A DNA stretch of 64,000 nucleotides from Escherichia coli. Its GTDB lineage: Bacteria > Pseudomonadota > Gammaproteobacteria > Enterobacterales > Enterobacteriaceae. The translations under genes and the position numbers were made by a program. The stretch lies in NCBI RefSeq assembly GCF_046105845.1, contig NZ_CP151004.1; one strand, given 5' to 3'. Below the pieces are notes generated by a model. That model was not told the origin of the DNA and made no database searches. It saw only the letters and a program-made list of their open reading frames with translations. The first letter of the stretch is position 1. Each line of letters starts with the position of its first letter. Shown here piece after piece: positions 36,762-56,573 of the stretch.

Positions 36762-36790
36762 AAAATGAAAATGATTTCCACGATACAGAA
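36762..36790. promoter_or_regulatory. Putative IclR autoregulatory operator
   Basis: aaaatgaaaatgatttccacg resembles the IclR box half-site TGGAAAT-ATTTCCA just upstream of iclR. Confidence 0.4.
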
Positions 36791-36803
36791 AAAGGAGACT
36801 GTC

Positions 36804-37628
36804 ATGGTCGCACCCATTCCCGCGAAACGCGGCAGAAAACCCGCCGTTGCCACCGCACCAGCGACTGGACAGGTTCAGTCTTTAACGCGTGGCCTGAAAT
36901 TACTGGAGTGGATTGCCGAATCCAATGGCAGTGTGGCACTCACGGAGCTGGCGCAACAAGCCGGGTTACCCAATTCCACGACCCACCGCCTGCTAACCAC
37001 GATGCAACAGCAGGGTTTCGTGCGTCAGGTTGGCGAACTGGGACACTGGGCAATCGGCGCACATGCCTTTATGGTCGGCAGCAGCTTTCTCCAGAGCCGT
37101 AATTTGTTAGCAATTGTTCACCCTATCCTGCGCAATCTAATGGAAGAGTCTGGCGAAACGGTCAATATGGCGGTGCTTGATCAAAGCGATCATGAAGCGA
37201 TTATTATCGACCAGGTACAGTGTACCCACCTGATGCGAATGTCCGCGCCTATCGGCGGTAAATTACCGATGCACGCTTCCGGTGCGGGTAAAGCCTTTTT
37301 AGCCCAACTGAGCGAAGAACAGGTGACGAAGCTGCTGCACCGCAAAGGGTTACATGCCTATACCCACGCAACGCTGGTGTCTCCTGTGCATTTAAAAGAA
37401 GATCTCGCCCAAACGCGCAAACGGGGTTATTCATTTGACGATGAGGAACATGCGCTGGGGCTACGTTGCCTTGCAGCGTGTATTTTCGATGAGCACCGTG
37501 AACCGTTTGCCGCAATTTCTATTTCCGGACCGATTTCACGTATTACCGATGACCGTGTGACCGAGTTTGGCGCGATGGTGATTAAAGCGGCGAAGGAAGT
37601 GACGCTGGCGTACGGTGGAATGCGCTGA
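36804..37628 (+). CDS. iclR: Glyoxylate-shunt repressor IclR
   Basis: Start at MVAPIPAKRGRKPAVATAP (274 aa) with AAGGAG Shine-Dalgarno. Confidence 0.9.
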   Translation: MVAPIPAKRGRKPAVATAPATGQVQSLTRGLKLLEWIAESNGSVALTELAQQAGLPNSTTHRLLTTMQQQGFVRQVGELGHWAIGAHAFMVGSSFLQSRNLLAIVHPILRNLMEESGETVNMAVLDQSDHEAIIIDQVQCTHLMRMSAPIGGKLPMHASGAGKAFLAQLSEEQVTKLLHRKGLHAYTHATLVSPVHLKEDLAQTRKRGYSFDDEEHALGLRCLAACIFDEHREPFAAISISGPISRITDDRVTEFGAMVIKAAKEVTLAYGGMR

Positions 37629-37944
37629 CTTTTTCTGGCGGGCAGAGGCAATATTCTGCCCATCATACCTGAGTGGCAATAGAATAAGGGTGTCTGTTAA
37701 TCGCATTGACGCCAAAATAACTTAATGTCATACACTTCACACACTTTTATTAACTCAGTATTATTTTTAAACATCAAACCACTTAATTATTAACAAAATC
37801 GCAAGATCTCATTCCACCGAAACTTTTACGGCTGCATTATGAGATTGAGCGATTTATGATATTTCTTTAGTTGTAATCATATTAAATTTTTTCACTGTTC
37901 TGATAGTTAAAATTCAAGACATCAATAAACAATGAGATATTTAA

Positions 37945-41845
<3,901 letters not shown>

Positions 41846-41884
41846 TTAATTCGCCCCTCGCCTTACGGAAAGGGGCGTTGGTTG

Positions 41885-43189
41885 TTAGAACTGCGATTCT
41901 TCGGTGGAGCCGGTCAGCGCGGTGACTGAAGACGTACCGCCCTGAATAATGGTCGTCACTTTATCGAAATAACCTGTACCCACTTCCTGCTGGTGAGAAA
42001 CGAAGGTGTAACCATCTTTCGCGGCGGCGAATTCCGGTTGCTGCACTTTCTCAACATAGTGCTTCATACCTTCGCCCTGGGCATAGGCGTTTGCCAGGTC
42101 GAACATGTTGAACCACATGCTGTGGATGCCTGCCAGGGTGATGAACTGGAACTTGTAGCCCATATCCGACAGCTGCTGCTGGAAGCTGGCAATAGTTTTG
42201 TCGTCGAGGTTTTTCTGCCAGTTGAACGACGGCGAGCAGTTATAAGCCAGCAGTTTGCCCGGATATTTCGCGTGGATGGCTTGTGCAAAGCGACGCGCCA
42301 GTTCCAGGTCTGGCGTGGAGGTTTCACACCATACCAGGTCAGCATATGGCGCATACGCCAGGCCACGGCTGATCGCTTGCTCAATGCCCGCATGAGTACG
42401 GAAGAAGCCTTCGCTGGTACGCTCGCCGGTAATAAATTCGCTGTCATACGGGTCGCAATCGGAGGTAATCAGATCCGCCGCATCGGCATCGGTTCGAGCA
42501 ACCAGCAGGGTTGGAACGCCCGTCACGTCAGCTGCCAGACGCGCCGCGACCAGTTTCTGAATAGCTTCCTGAGTTGGCACCAGCACTTTGCCGCCCATGT
42601 GACCACATTTCTTCACTGATGCCAGCTGATCTTCGAAGTGAACTGCCGCTGCACCGGCTTCAATCATCGCTTTCATCAGTTCAAAGGCATTCAGGACACC
42701 GCCAAAACCGGCTTCCGCATCAGCAACGATCGGCAGGAAGTAATCGACATAGCGCGGATCGCCCGGCTCAATGCCCGCGGACCATTGGATCTGATCCGCA
42801 CGGCGGAAGGTATTGTTGATCCGCTCCACCACCGCTGGCACCGAGTTTGCCGGATAGAGCGACTGATCCGGATACATGCTGGCCGCCAGGTTAGCGTCCG
42901 CCGCTACCTGCCATCCCGACAGATAGACTGCTTCAATACCCGCTTTCGCCTGTTGCAGCGCCTGACCGCCAGTCAGTGCACCGAGGCTGTTGATGTAGCC
43001 TTTTTTCGACTCGCCGTGCAGCAGACGCCACATTTTCGCCGCGCCCAGTTGCGCCAGCGTGCATTCAGGATTGACTGAACCGCGTAATTTCACCACATCT
43101 TCCGCGCTGTATGGGCGAGTAATGCCTTCCCAACGCGGTTGAGTCCACTCTTTCTGTAATTCTTCAATTTGTTGTGTACGGGTTTTCAT
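41885..43189 (-). CDS. aceA: Isocitrate lyase
   Basis: Start at [15 protein letters not shown] (434 aa); catalytic KKCGH motif. Confidence 0.95.
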   Translation of the reverse strand: MKTRTQQIEELQKEWTQPRWEGITRPYSAEDVVKLRGSVNPECTLAQLGAAKMWRLLHGESKKGYINSLGALTGGQALQQAKAGIEAVYLSGWQVAADANLAASMYPDQSLYPANSVPAVVERINNTFRRADQIQWSAGIEPGDPRYVDYFLPIVADAEAGFGGVLNAFELMKAMIEAGAAAVHFEDQLASVKKCGHMGGKVLVPTQEAIQKLVAARLAADVTGVPTLLVARTDADAADLITSDCDPYDSEFITGERTSEGFFRTHAGIEQAISRGLAYAPYADLVWCETSTPDLELARRFAQAIHAKYPGKLLAYNCSPSFNWQKNLDDKTIASFQQQLSDMGYKFQFITLAGIHSMWFNMFDLANAYAQGEGMKHYVEKVQQPEFAAAKDGYTFVSHQQEVGTGYFDKVTTIIQGGTSSVTALTGSTEESQF

Positions 43190-43218
43190 GTGCAGATGCT
43201 CCATAGTTATGTGGTGGT

Positions 43219-44820
43219 TTACGCTAACAGGCGGTAGCCTGGCAGGGTCAGGAAATCTATTAACTCATCGGAAGTGGTGATCTGTTCCATCAAGCGTGCG
43301 GCATCGTCAAAACGCCCCCGGGAGAAACGTTCTTCGCCCAGTTCGCTGGCAATGACTTTCATCTCTTCGCCCAGCATCTGGCGGAACAAGGCTTTGGTCA
43401 CCGGTTTGCCATTGCTCAACGTTTTTTGATGATGGATCCACTGCCAGATCGAGGTACGGGAAATTTCAGCCGTCGCCGCATCTTCCATCAGGCCATAAAT
43501 CGGCACACAGCCGTTGCCAGAGATCCATGCTTCGATGTACTGCACAGCCACGCGAATGTTGGCGCGCATACCTTCTTCGGTGCGTTCACCATCACAAGGT
43601 GCCAGCAGCTGATCGGCAGTAATCGGCGCGTCTTGTTCGCGCATCACTTCAAGCTGATTTTTACGGGAGCCGAGAATGTCGTTGAATACCGCCATTGCCG
43701 TATCCGCAAGGCCTGGGTGGGCAATCCATGTGCCATCGTGACCGTTATTGGCTTCCAGCGCTTTATCCGCTTTTACTTTGTTGAGCACCTGGTTATTGCG
43801 CTCTTCATCTTTGCTCGGAATAAACGCCGCCATGCCGCCCATCGCAAAAGCACCGCGTTTATGGCAGGTTTTAATCAACAGGCGTGAGTAAGCATTCAGG
43901 AAGGGTTTATCCATCGTCACTGCCTGTCTGTCTGGCAGGACGCGATCGGGATAGTTTTTCAACGTTTTGATATAACTGAAGATGTAATCCCAACGACCGC
44001 AGTTCAGACCAACAATATGGTCACGCAGCGCGTGAAGGATTTCGTCCATCTGGAACACGGCGGGCAGCGTTTCAATCAGCAACGTCGCCTTGATGGTGCC
44101 GCGCGGCAGATTAAAGCGATCTTCTGCATAGCTGAAGACTTCGCTCCACCAGGCCGCTTCCTGCCAGGACTGGGTTTTCGGCAGATAGAAATAGGGACCA
44201 CTGCCCTTTGCCAACAGTGCCTGGTAGTTGTGGAAGAAATAGAGCGCAAAATCAAACAGGCTACCAGGAATTGCTTCGCCGCGCCAGGTGACATGTTTTT
44301 CCGGCAAGTGCAGACCGCGAACCCGACAAATCAACACCGCTGGATTGGGCTTGAGCTGATAAATTTTGCCTGCTTCATTGGTATAGCTGATGGTGCCGTT
44401 AACCGCATCGCGCAGGTTAATTTGCCCGTCGATCACTTTGCTCCAGTCCGGGGCCAGTGAATCTTCGAAATCGGCCATAAAGACTTTCACATTGGCGTTG
44501 AGCGCGTTGATCACCATCTTGCGCTCAACCGGGCCGGTAATCTCTACCCGACGATCTTCTAAGTCCGCAGGAATCCCGCGAATTTTCCAGCCACCATCAC
44601 GAATGGAAGCTGTTTCCGAAATAAAATCAGGCAACGTTCCGTTATCGATATCCTGCTGCTGCTGAATGCGCGCTGCCAGAAGTTTATTGCGTTGTGGCGT
44701 AAAATGCGTCACCAGCTCAGTCAGAAATTCTACCGCTTCGGCAGTAAGAATATGCTTCTCCTGCTCGCCATACGGCCTTGTGAAAGCCAATTCATCGGTT
44801 GTTGTTGCCTGTTCAGTCAT
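43219..44820 (-). CDS. aceB: Malate synthase A
   Basis: Start at [22 protein letters not shown] (533 aa). Confidence 0.9.
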   Translation of the reverse strand: MTEQATTTDELAFTRPYGEQEKHILTAEAVEFLTELVTHFTPQRNKLLAARIQQQQDIDNGTLPDFISETASIRDGGWKIRGIPADLEDRRVEITGPVERKMVINALNANVKVFMADFEDSLAPDWSKVIDGQINLRDAVNGTISYTNEAGKIYQLKPNPAVLICRVRGLHLPEKHVTWRGEAIPGSLFDFALYFFHNYQALLAKGSGPYFYLPKTQSWQEAAWWSEVFSYAEDRFNLPRGTIKATLLIETLPAVFQMDEILHALRDHIVGLNCGRWDYIFSYIKTLKNYPDRVLPDRQAVTMDKPFLNAYSRLLIKTCHKRGAFAMGGMAAFIPSKDEERNNQVLNKVKADKALEANNGHDGTWIAHPGLADTAMAVFNDILGSRKNQLEVMREQDAPITADQLLAPCDGERTEEGMRANIRVAVQYIEAWISGNGCVPIYGLMEDAATAEISRTSIWQWIHHQKTLSNGKPVTKALFRQMLGEEMKVIASELGEERFSRGRFDDAARLMEQITTSDELIDFLTLPGYRLLA

Positions 44821-44910
44821 CGTGCAGCTCCTCGTCATGGATCCGAAAACTTCCCCACTGTGAACGAAGGATCGTTGTGCGCTTTTCGTTCAGCACAACT
44901 AAGACTACTC

Positions 44911-44944
44911 ATTTAAAATGCAAAATCAAAAACAATTTCCATTT
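44911..44944. promoter_or_regulatory. IclR operator in the aceBAK promoter region
   Basis: atttaaaatgcaaaatcaaaaacaatttccattt matches the remembered IclR box. Confidence 0.5.
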
Positions 44945-45088
44945 TAATTAAAAATACTTGGTAACTTATTGATAACAATATGAATAAAATTTATTCACCT
45001 GCTGAGGTGCGTTTCGGAAATAAAAAAGGCACCCGAAGGTGCCTGAGGTAAGGTGCTGAATCGCTTAACGATCGACTATCACAGAAGA

Positions 45089-46018
45089 TTAATCCAGCGT
45101 TGGATTCATGTGCCGTAGATCGTATGGCGTGATCTGGTAGACGTAATAGTTGAGCCAGTTGGTAAACAGCAAATTACCGTGACTACGCCAGCTCGCTCGC
45201 GGTGTATTTTGCGGATCATTATGCGGAAAATAGTTATACGGTACATCCGGGTCCAGTCCGGCTTCCACATCGCGGAAAAATTCCTGCGCCAGCGTTTGCG
45301 CATCATATTCGGGATGGCCCGTCACAAAGGCAATGCGCTTATCTTTGCTGGCAAACAGATAGGCATCCCCTTCTTCTGTCTCCGCCAGAATTTCCAGATC
45401 GGTATAATCACGAATCAACGCTGCCGGAAAGTCAGCATAGCGCGAATGTGGTGCCAAGAATGAATCATCGAAACCACGCGTCAGAAGCGCATGAGGATGG
45501 AGAATATGATGCTCGTAAACGCCAGAGAGTTTTTCGGTGCGGGTTTGCTTGGGAATGCCGTAGAGGATATTGAGCGCGGCCTGGACCGCCCAGCAGACAA
45601 ACAGCGTCGAGGTTACGTGATCTTTCGACCACTCCAGCACCTGTTTGATCTGCGGCCAGTAAGCGACATCATTAAACTCCACCAGGCCCAGCGGCGCGCC
45701 GGTAACTATCAGACCGTCAAAGTTTTGTTCCTGAATATCTTCAAAGTTACAGTAGAAGTTATTCAGATGCTCTGCGGGCGTGTTGCGCGATTCACGGGAA
45801 TCGATGCGCAACAGCTGAATATCGACCTGCAAAGGTGAGTTTGAAAGCAGGCGCAGAAACTGATTTTCAGTTTCGATCTTCTTCGGCATCAGGTTAAGGA
45901 TAAGCACCTTTAGCGGACGAATTTCCTGACCAGACGCGCGAGAAGTTGTCATCACAAAGACGTTTTCTTCACGCAAGAAATTGACGGCGGGTAGCTCGTC
46001 CGGCACACGAATCGGCAT
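45089..46018 (-). CDS. metA: Homoserine O-succinyltransferase
   Basis: 309-aa [26 protein letters not shown]... Confidence 0.9.
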   Translation of the reverse strand: MPIRVPDELPAVNFLREENVFVMTTSRASGQEIRPLKVLILNLMPKKIETENQFLRLLSNSPLQVDIQLLRIDSRESRNTPAEHLNNFYCNFEDIQEQNFDGLIVTGAPLGLVEFNDVAYWPQIKQVLEWSKDHVTSTLFVCWAVQAALNILYGIPKQTRTEKLSGVYEHHILHPHALLTRGFDDSFLAPHSRYADFPAALIRDYTDLEILAETEEGDAYLFASKDKRIAFVTGHPEYDAQTLAQEFFRDVEAGLDPDVPYNYFPHNDPQNTPRASWRSHGNLLFTNWLNYYVYQITPYDLRHMNPTLD

Positions 46019-46174
46019 AACCTGATTACCTCACTACATACGCTTATACGTTTAGACATCCAGATAGCTGAAGATAACCAGAAAATTTGCCAATGTCGAG
46101 CCTGCATGTTGAAGGTGAGAAAGTTTCAAGGAAAAGGCTACGTTAGAATATAAGAATGACGAAAAGGAGAGAAA

Positions 46175-46618
46175 ATGGTTATTAGTATTCGCCGCTCACG
46201 GCATGAGGAAGGGGAAGAACTCGTTGCGATTTGGTGCCGTTCTGTCGATGCCACTCACGATTTTTTATCAGCAGAGTATCGGGCCGAGCTGGAGGAGCTA
46301 GTTCGTTCCTTCCTGCCGGAAGCGCCGTTGTGGGTCGCGGTTAATGAGCGGGATCGGCCGGTTGGGTTTATGTTGTTAAGTGGGCAGCATATGGATGCGC
46401 TGTTTATCGATCCTGATGTGCGCGGCTGCGGCGTGGGTCGGATGCTGGTGGAACATGCGCTCTCGATGGCACCGGAACTGACAACCAATGTTAATGAGCA
46501 AAATAAGCAGGCTGTTGGGTTCTATAAGAAGATGGGTTTTAAGGTTACGGGACGCTCTGAGGTGGACGATTTGGGGAAACCGTATCCGTTGCTGAATCTG
46601 GCGTATGTGGGGGAATAA
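46175..46618 (+). CDS. yjaB: GNAT-family N-acetyltransferase
   Basis: 147-aa ORF with acetyl-CoA binding motif RGCGVGRMLVEHAL. Confidence 0.8.
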   Translation: MVISIRRSRHEEGEELVAIWCRSVDATHDFLSAEYRAELEELVRSFLPEAPLWVAVNERDRPVGFMLLSGQHMDALFIDPDVRGCGVGRMLVEHALSMAPELTTNVNEQNKQAVGFYKKMGFKVTGRSEVDDLGKPYPLLNLAYVGE

Positions 46619-46689
46619 GCTGCCCCTGCCGTGCCTGCCCAGGCTGGAGAAGACGCGCCAGCGTCGCATCCGGCATTTTTTTTCACCAG

Positions 46690-46725
46690 CGCAAAAAGGC
46701 CATCCGTCAGGGTGGCCTTCTGCTT
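46690..46725 (-). terminator. rrn operon terminator (T2-like) downstream of 5S
   Basis: Reverse strand reads agaaggccaccctgacggatggcctttttgcg, close to the remembered rrnB T2 terminator. Confidence 0.6.
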
Positions 46726-46731
46726 AATTTG

Positions 46732-46851
46732 ATGCCTGGCAGTTCCCTACTCTCGCATGGGGAGACCCCACACTACCATCGGCGCTACGGCGTTTCACTT
46801 CTGAGTTCGGCATGGGGTCAGGTGGGACCACCGCGCTACGGCCGCCAGGCA
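46732..46851 (-). rRNA. rrfE: 5S ribosomal RNA
   Basis: 120-nt reverse-complement match to E. coli 5S (TGCCTGGCGGCC...GGAACTGCCAGGCAT). Confidence 0.95.
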
Positions 46852-46942
46852 AATTCTGTTTATCAGACCGCTTCTGCGTTCTGATTTAATCTGTATCAGG
46901 CTGAAAATCTTCTCTCATCCGCCAAAACATCTTCGGCGTTGT

Positions 46943-49847
<2,905 letters not shown>

Positions 49848-50040
49848 TCACAACCCGAAGATGTTTCTTTCGATTCATCATCGTGTTGCGAAAATTTGAG
49901 AGACTCACGAACAACTTTCGTTGTTCAGTGTTTCAATTTTCAGCTTGATCCAGATTTTTAAAGAGCAAATATCTCAAACATCACCCGAAGATGAGTTTTG
50001 AGATATTAAGGCAGGTGACTTTCACTCACAAACCAGCAAG

Positions 50041-50116
50041 TGGCGTCCCCTAGGGGATTCGAACCCCTGTTACCGCCGTGAAAGGGCGGTGTCCTGGGCC
50101 TCTAGACGAAGGGGAC
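50041..50116 (-). tRNA. gltV: tRNA-Glu in the 16S-23S spacer
   Basis: Reverse complement reads GTCCCCTTCGTCTAGAGGCCCAGGACACCGCCCTTTCACGGCGGTAACAGGGGTTCGAATCCCCTAGGGGACGCCA. Confidence 0.95.
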
Positions 50117-50200
50117 GTATCAGTCTGCTTCGCAAGACGCCTTGCTTTTCACTTTCTATCAGACAATCTGTGTGAGCACTGCAAAGTACGCTTCTTTAAG

Positions 50201-51743
<1,543 letters not shown>

Positions 51744-51919
51744 AAAAGTTTGATGCTCAAAGAATTAAACTTCGTAATGAATTACGTGTTCACTCTTGAG
51801 ACTTGGTATTCATTTTTCGTCTTGCGACGTTAAGAATCCGTATCTTCGAGTGCCCACACAGATTGTCTGATAAATTGTTAAAGAGCAGTTGCGACGCGGC
51901 TTTCAGCTCACTGTCGCGA

Positions 51920-52070
51920 GGTGGCGTATACTACGCTTTCCTCTTTCAGAGTCAACCCTGAATTTCAGGATTTTTTCTCTTCAACCGAACCGGCTGTTTG
52001 TGTGAAGTGATTCACATCCGCCGTGTCGATGGAGGCGCATTATAGGGAGTTCTCCGCAGGCCGCAATAGA
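51920..52070 (-). promoter_or_regulatory. rrn tandem promoters P1 and P2
   Basis: Reverse strand shows ctccctataatgcgcc (P1 -10 TATAAT) and ttgact-N16-tagtat (P2), then the rrn leader cgcaactgctctttaacaatttatcagacaatctgtgtgggcactcgaagatacggattcttaac. Confidence 0.65.
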
Positions 52071-52237
52071 AAAATTGCAGAAAAATGACTGACTGCTGCA
52101 TTCCCCAGCAAAACCCCGCTTTATACCTTTTTACGCACAGAGTTATCCACAATCATCAATGTAATTTCTGTATTTTTCCCACGGTAAACACTGTCAAAAT
52201 TGTGATCACCATTGAAAGAGAAAAATTCGCGAGCGTT

Positions 52238-52253
52238 GCGCAAACGTTTTCGT
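52238..52253. promoter_or_regulatory. PurR operator upstream of purHD
   Basis: gcgcaaacgttttcgt matches the PUR box consensus ACGCAAACGTTTTCNT. Confidence 0.65.
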
Positions 52254-52360
52254 TACAATGCGGGCGAAAAATAAGGATGCCCCGTTAGGGGCGTTAGCTG
52301 AGTTTTTCGCGAAAAATTCAGCTAACGCTCTCTGTAATAGTCAAATCCAGGGGATTTACC

Positions 52361-53950
52361 ATGCAACAACGTCGTCCAGTCCGCCGCGCTCTGCTCAGTG
52401 TTTCTGACAAAGCCGGTATCGTCGAATTCGCCCAGGCACTTTCCGCACGCGGTGTGGAGCTGCTGTCTACAGGGGGCACTGCCCGTCTGTTAGCAGAAAA
52501 AGGTCTGCCGGTAACCGAAGTTTCCGATTACACCGGTTTCCCGGAGATGATGGATGGACGCGTGAAGACCCTGCATCCGAAAGTACATGGTGGCATTCTG
52601 GGCCGTCGCGGCCAGGACGATGCCATTATGGAAGAACATCAGATCCAGCCTATCGATATGGTAGTTGTTAACCTGTATCCGTTCGCCCAGACCGTTGCCC
52701 GTGAAGGATGCTCGCTGGAAGATGCGGTTGAGAACATCGATATCGGCGGCCCAACGATGGTGCGCTCCGCCGCCAAGAACCATAAAGATGTCGCAATCGT
52801 GGTGAAGAGCAGCGACTACGACGCCATTATTAAAGAGATGGATGCCAACGAAGGATCGCTGACGCTTGCAACCCGTTTCGACCTCGCCATTAAAGCCTTC
52901 GAACACACTGCCGCCTACGACAGCATGATTGCCAACTACTTCGGCAGCATGGTTCCGGCTTACCACGGTGAAAGCAAAGAAGCCGCCGGTCGCTTCCCAC
53001 GCACGCTGAACCTGAACTTCATTAAGAAGCAGGATATGCGTTACGGCGAGAACAGCCACCAGCAGGCTGCCTTCTATATAGAAGAGAATGTGAAAGAAGC
53101 CTCCGTTGCTACCGCAACCCAGGTTCAGGGTAAAGCCCTCTCTTATAACAACATCGCCGACACCGATGCGGCGCTGGAGTGCGTGAAAGAGTTCGCCGAG
53201 CCGGCATGTGTGATTGTGAAGCACGCCAACCCTTGCGGCGTGGCTATCGGCCATTCCATTCTTGATGCTTACGATCGCGCGTACAAAACCGACCCGACCT
53301 CCGCATTCGGCGGCATTATCGCCTTTAACCGCGAGCTGGATGCGGAAACCGCGCAGGCCATCATTTCTCGTCAGTTTGTTGAAGTGATTATTGCGCCGTC
53401 CGCCAGCGAAGAAGCCCTGAAAATCACCGCCGCCAAACAGAACGTGCGCGTCCTGACCTGCGGTCAGTGGGGCGAGCGTGTTCCGGGCCTTGATTTCAAA
53501 CGCGTGAACGGCGGTCTGCTGGTTCAGGATCGAGACCTGGGGATGGTCGGAGCAGAAGAACTGCGCGTCGTCACCAAACGTCAGCCGACCGAACAGGAAC
53601 TGCTTGATGCGCTGTTCTGCTGGAAAGTGGCGAAGTTCGTGAAATCCAATGCTATCGTCTATGCCAAAAACAATATGACCATCGGCATTGGCGCGGGCCA
53701 GATGAGCCGCGTGTACTCCGCGAAAATCGCCGGTATTAAAGCGGCCGATGAAGGTCTGGAAGTGAAAGGTTCCTCGATGGCTTCTGACGCGTTCTTCCCG
53801 TTCCGCGACGGTATTGATGCCGCCGCCGCTGCGGGCGTGACCTGCGTAATCCAGCCTGGCGGTTCTATCCGTGATGACGAAGTGATTGCCGCCGCCGATG
53901 AACACGGTATTGCAATGCTCTTCACCGACATGCGCCACTTCCGCCATTAA
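52361..53950 (+). CDS. purH: Bifunctional AICAR transformylase / IMP cyclohydrolase
   Basis: 529-aa [30 protein letters not shown]... Confidence 0.95.
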   Translation: MQQRRPVRRALLSVSDKAGIVEFAQALSARGVELLSTGGTARLLAEKGLPVTEVSDYTGFPEMMDGRVKTLHPKVHGGILGRRGQDDAIMEEHQIQPIDMVVVNLYPFAQTVAREGCSLEDAVENIDIGGPTMVRSAAKNHKDVAIVVKSSDYDAIIKEMDANEGSLTLATRFDLAIKAFEHTAAYDSMIANYFGSMVPAYHGESKEAAGRFPRTLNLNFIKKQDMRYGENSHQQAAFYIEENVKEASVATATQVQGKALSYNNIADTDAALECVKEFAEPACVIVKHANPCGVAIGHSILDAYDRAYKTDPTSAFGGIIAFNRELDAETAQAIISRQFVEVIIAPSASEEALKITAAKQNVRVLTCGQWGERVPGLDFKRVNGGLLVQDRDLGMVGAEELRVVTKRQPTEQELLDALFCWKVAKFVKSNAIVYAKNNMTIGIGAGQMSRVYSAKIAGIKAADEGLEVKGSSMASDAFFPFRDGIDAAAAAGVTCVIQPGGSIRDDEVIAAADEHGIAMLFTDMRHFRH

Positions 53951-53961
53951 TGGAGCAATAG

Positions 53962-55251
53962 ATGAAAGTATTAGTGATTGGTAACGGCGGGCGCGAGCAC
54001 GCGCTGGCCTGGAAAGCGGCCCAGTCGCCGCTGGTTGAAACTGTTTTTGTTGCTCCGGGTAATGCAGGCACTGAGCTGGAACCCACACTGCAAAACGTCG
54101 CTATCGGCGTAACCGATATCCCGGCGCTGCTGGATTTCGCGCAAAACGAAAAGATCGATCTAACCATCGTCGGCCCGGAAGCGCCGCTGGTGAAAGGCGT
54201 AGTGGATACCTTCCGCGCCGCCGGGCTGAAAATCTTCGGCCCAACCGCAGGTGCCGCGCAGCTGGAAGGCTCGAAAGCGTTTACCAAGGATTTCCTGGCC
54301 CGCCATCAGATCCCTACGGCGGAATACCAGAACTTCACCGAGGTAGAACCTGCGCTGGCGTATCTGCGTGAGAAAGGCGCGCCAATCGTCATTAAAGCTG
54401 ACGGTCTGGCTGCCGGGAAAGGCGTTATCGTGGCGATGACGCAGGAAGAAGCGGAAGCGGCTGTTCACGATATGCTGGCGGGCAACACTTTTGGCGACGC
54501 GGGGCATCGCATCGTTATCGAAGAGTTCCTCGACGGCGAAGAAGCGAGCTTTATCGTGATGGTGGACGGTGAGCATGTGCTGCCGATGGCCACCAGCCAG
54601 GATCACAAACGCGTAGGCGATAAAGATACCGGGCCGAACACCGGCGGGATGGGCGCTTACTCCCCTGCGCCAGTAGTGACCGATGAGGTTCATCAGCGCA
54701 CGATGGAACGAATCATCTGGCCAACCGTGAAAGGCATGGCGGCAGAAGGCAACACCTACACCGGTTTTCTCTACGCGGGCCTGATGATCGACAAACAGGG
54801 CAATCCGAAGGTTATCGAATTTAACTGCCGCTTTGGCGATCCGGAAACCCAGCCGATTATGCTGCGCATGAAGTCCGATCTGGTTGAGCTCTGCCTGGCA
54901 GCCTGTGAAGGTACGCTTGACGAGAAAACGTCCGAGTGGGATGAACGCGCTTCTCTCGGCGTGGTGATGGCTGCGGGTGGATATCCGGGCGATTACCGCA
55001 CCGGCGATGTGATCCACGGCCTGCCGCTGGAAGAAGTGTCTGACGGCAAAGTGTTCCACGCGGGCACGAAACTGGCGGATGACGAGCAGGTAGTGACCAG
55101 CGGCGGGCGCGTACTGTGCGTCACCGCGCTGGGTCATACCGTGGCAGAAGCGCAGAAACGCGCCTACGCCTTAATGACCGATATCCATTGGGACGACTGC
55201 TTCTGCCGGAAAGATATCGGCTGGCGCGCTATCGAACGCGAGCAGAACTAA
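53962..55251 (+). CDS. purD: Phosphoribosylamine-glycine ligase
   Basis: 429-aa ORF MKVLVIGNGGREHALAWKAAQSPLVETVFVAPGNAGT... Confidence 0.95.
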   Translation: MKVLVIGNGGREHALAWKAAQSPLVETVFVAPGNAGTELEPTLQNVAIGVTDIPALLDFAQNEKIDLTIVGPEAPLVKGVVDTFRAAGLKIFGPTAGAAQLEGSKAFTKDFLARHQIPTAEYQNFTEVEPALAYLREKGAPIVIKADGLAAGKGVIVAMTQEEAEAAVHDMLAGNTFGDAGHRIVIEEFLDGEEASFIVMVDGEHVLPMATSQDHKRVGDKDTGPNTGGMGAYSPAPVVTDEVHQRTMERIIWPTVKGMAAEGNTYTGFLYAGLMIDKQGNPKVIEFNCRFGDPETQPIMLRMKSDLVELCLAACEGTLDEKTSEWDERASLGVVMAAGGYPGDYRTGDVIHGLPLEEVSDGKVFHAGTKLADDEQVVTSGGRVLCVTALGHTVAEAQKRAYALMTDIHWDDCFCRKDIGWRAIEREQN

Positions 55252-56573
55252 CGCGACAGTTTTGCCAATAGCGTTTTGCGCGTGATCCCTAACTGACGGG
55301 CGGCTTCGGTTTTGTTGCCGCCCGTTTTCTCCAGCGCCGCCAGAATCACCTCTTTTTCCACTTCCACCAACGGCTGAATATCCTGACTTTGCCCCAGCGG
55401 GATCGGCGTACTGGCAATCGCCAGCGGCAGCTCGCGTTCGGAAATATATTCCCCGGTCAGCAGCACCACCGCCCGTTCCACCGCGTTTTCCAGTTCACGA
55501 ATATTTCCCGGCCAGTCGTAGTGAATCAGCAGATCCATCGCCTGGGGCGTAAAGCCTTTTACCGCCTTGCGATTACGCTCGGCAAAGCGCTGAAGAAAAT
55601 GGTTTGCCAGCAGAGGAATATCTTCCCGCCGCTGACGCAGCGACGGAACTTCAATCGCCACCACGTTCAGGCGATAGTAGAGATCCTGGCGAAAACGCCC
55701 GGCATTCACCTCTGCGGCAAGATCGCGATGAGTCGCCGCAATCAGCCGGACATCAACCGAGATGGTCTGGTTGCTGCCGACACGCTGAACTTCGCGCTCC
55801 TGAATCGCACGCAGCAGACGCACCTGCATCATCGGCGAGATATCGCCAATTTCATCGAGAAACAGCGTGCCGCCGTCCGCCTCAACAAAGCGCCCTTCCC
55901 GCCGTTTGTCGGCTCCGGTAAACGCCCCTTTTTCGTGACCGAACAATTCAGATTCCAGCAAGGATTCGTTGAGTGCCGCACAGTTGAGCGTTACCAGTGG
56001 TTTTTCACTCCGTGCGCTACTGGCGTGAATCGCCCTGGCGACCAGCTCTTTACCGGTGCCGGAATCGCCGTGGATCAGCACTGTGGCTTCCGATGGCGCG
56101 ACGAGGGCGATTTCACTGAGCAGGTGTTGCATCGCCGGGCTTTTACCGACCATACCGAACTGGCTGGCAGACACCGCAGGCGTTTCAGCGTCAACACTGT
56201 GCGTATGTGCGAGCGCCTTTTCCAGCGTCGCCTGCAGGTTATCGAAATCCAGCGGCTTGATGAGATAATCCAGCGCCCCGGTTTTCAACGCCTCTACCGC
56301 CGTCTCGACGCTGGAGTACGCGGTCATAATCAGCACCGGAATCGCGGGGTTTAATGTTTTGATCTCTTTCAGCGTGGCGATGCCATCCATCTCTGCCATT
56401 CGCACATCGCAAAGCACAAGATCAAAAACCTGTTCCCGCACCTGCTCCAGCGCCTGTCGCCCGCTGTTCGCAAGCGCCACGTTATAGCCCCAGCCGCGCA
56501 GCAAAGCCTGCAAAATAGTGCAGTGGCTAATGTCATCATCCACCACCAGAATATCGATATTATCGTGTGTCAT
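55248..56573 (-). CDS. zraR: Sigma54-dependent response regulator
   Basis: 441-aa ORF; receiver domain, AAA+ sigma54-activator domain ([14 protein letters not shown]), C-terminal HTH. Confidence 0.9.
   Translation of the reverse strand: MTHDNIDILVVDDDISHCTILQALLRGWGYNVALANSGRQALEQVREQVFDLVLCDVRMAEMDGIATLKEIKTLNPAIPVLIMTAYSSVETAVEALKTGALDYLIKPLDFDNLQATLEKALAHTHSVDAETPAVSASQFGMVGKSPAMQHLLSEIALVAPSEATVLIHGDSGTGKELVARAIHASSARSEKPLVTLNCAALNESLLESELFGHEKGAFTGADKRREGRFVEADGGTLFLDEIGDISPMMQVRLLRAIQEREVQRVGSNQTISVDVRLIAATHRDLAAEVNAGRFRQDLYYRLNVVAIEVPSLRQRREDIPLLANHFLQRFAERNRKAVKGFTPQAMDLLIHYDWPGNIRELENAVERAVVLLTGEYISERELPLAIASTPIPLGQSQDIQPLVEVEKEVILAALEKTGGNKTEAARQLGITRKTLLAKLSR

Noticed and set aside
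52490-54088. 532-codon ORF on the minus strand covering all of purH
   Set aside because: Antisense shadow ORF of a GC-rich, codon-biased gene; no Shine-Dalgarno and the translation has no recognisable domain. purH on the plus strand is unambiguous.
54160-55137. 325-codon minus-strand ORF inside purD, and similar long antisense ORFs opposite zraR (55389-56354), xylE (12877-13653), pgi (18890-19666) and sorM/sorE (28003-28713, 28763-29389)
   Set aside because: All lie wholly inside well-supported genes on the opposite strand and are His/Arg-rich low-complexity translations typical of antisense frames.
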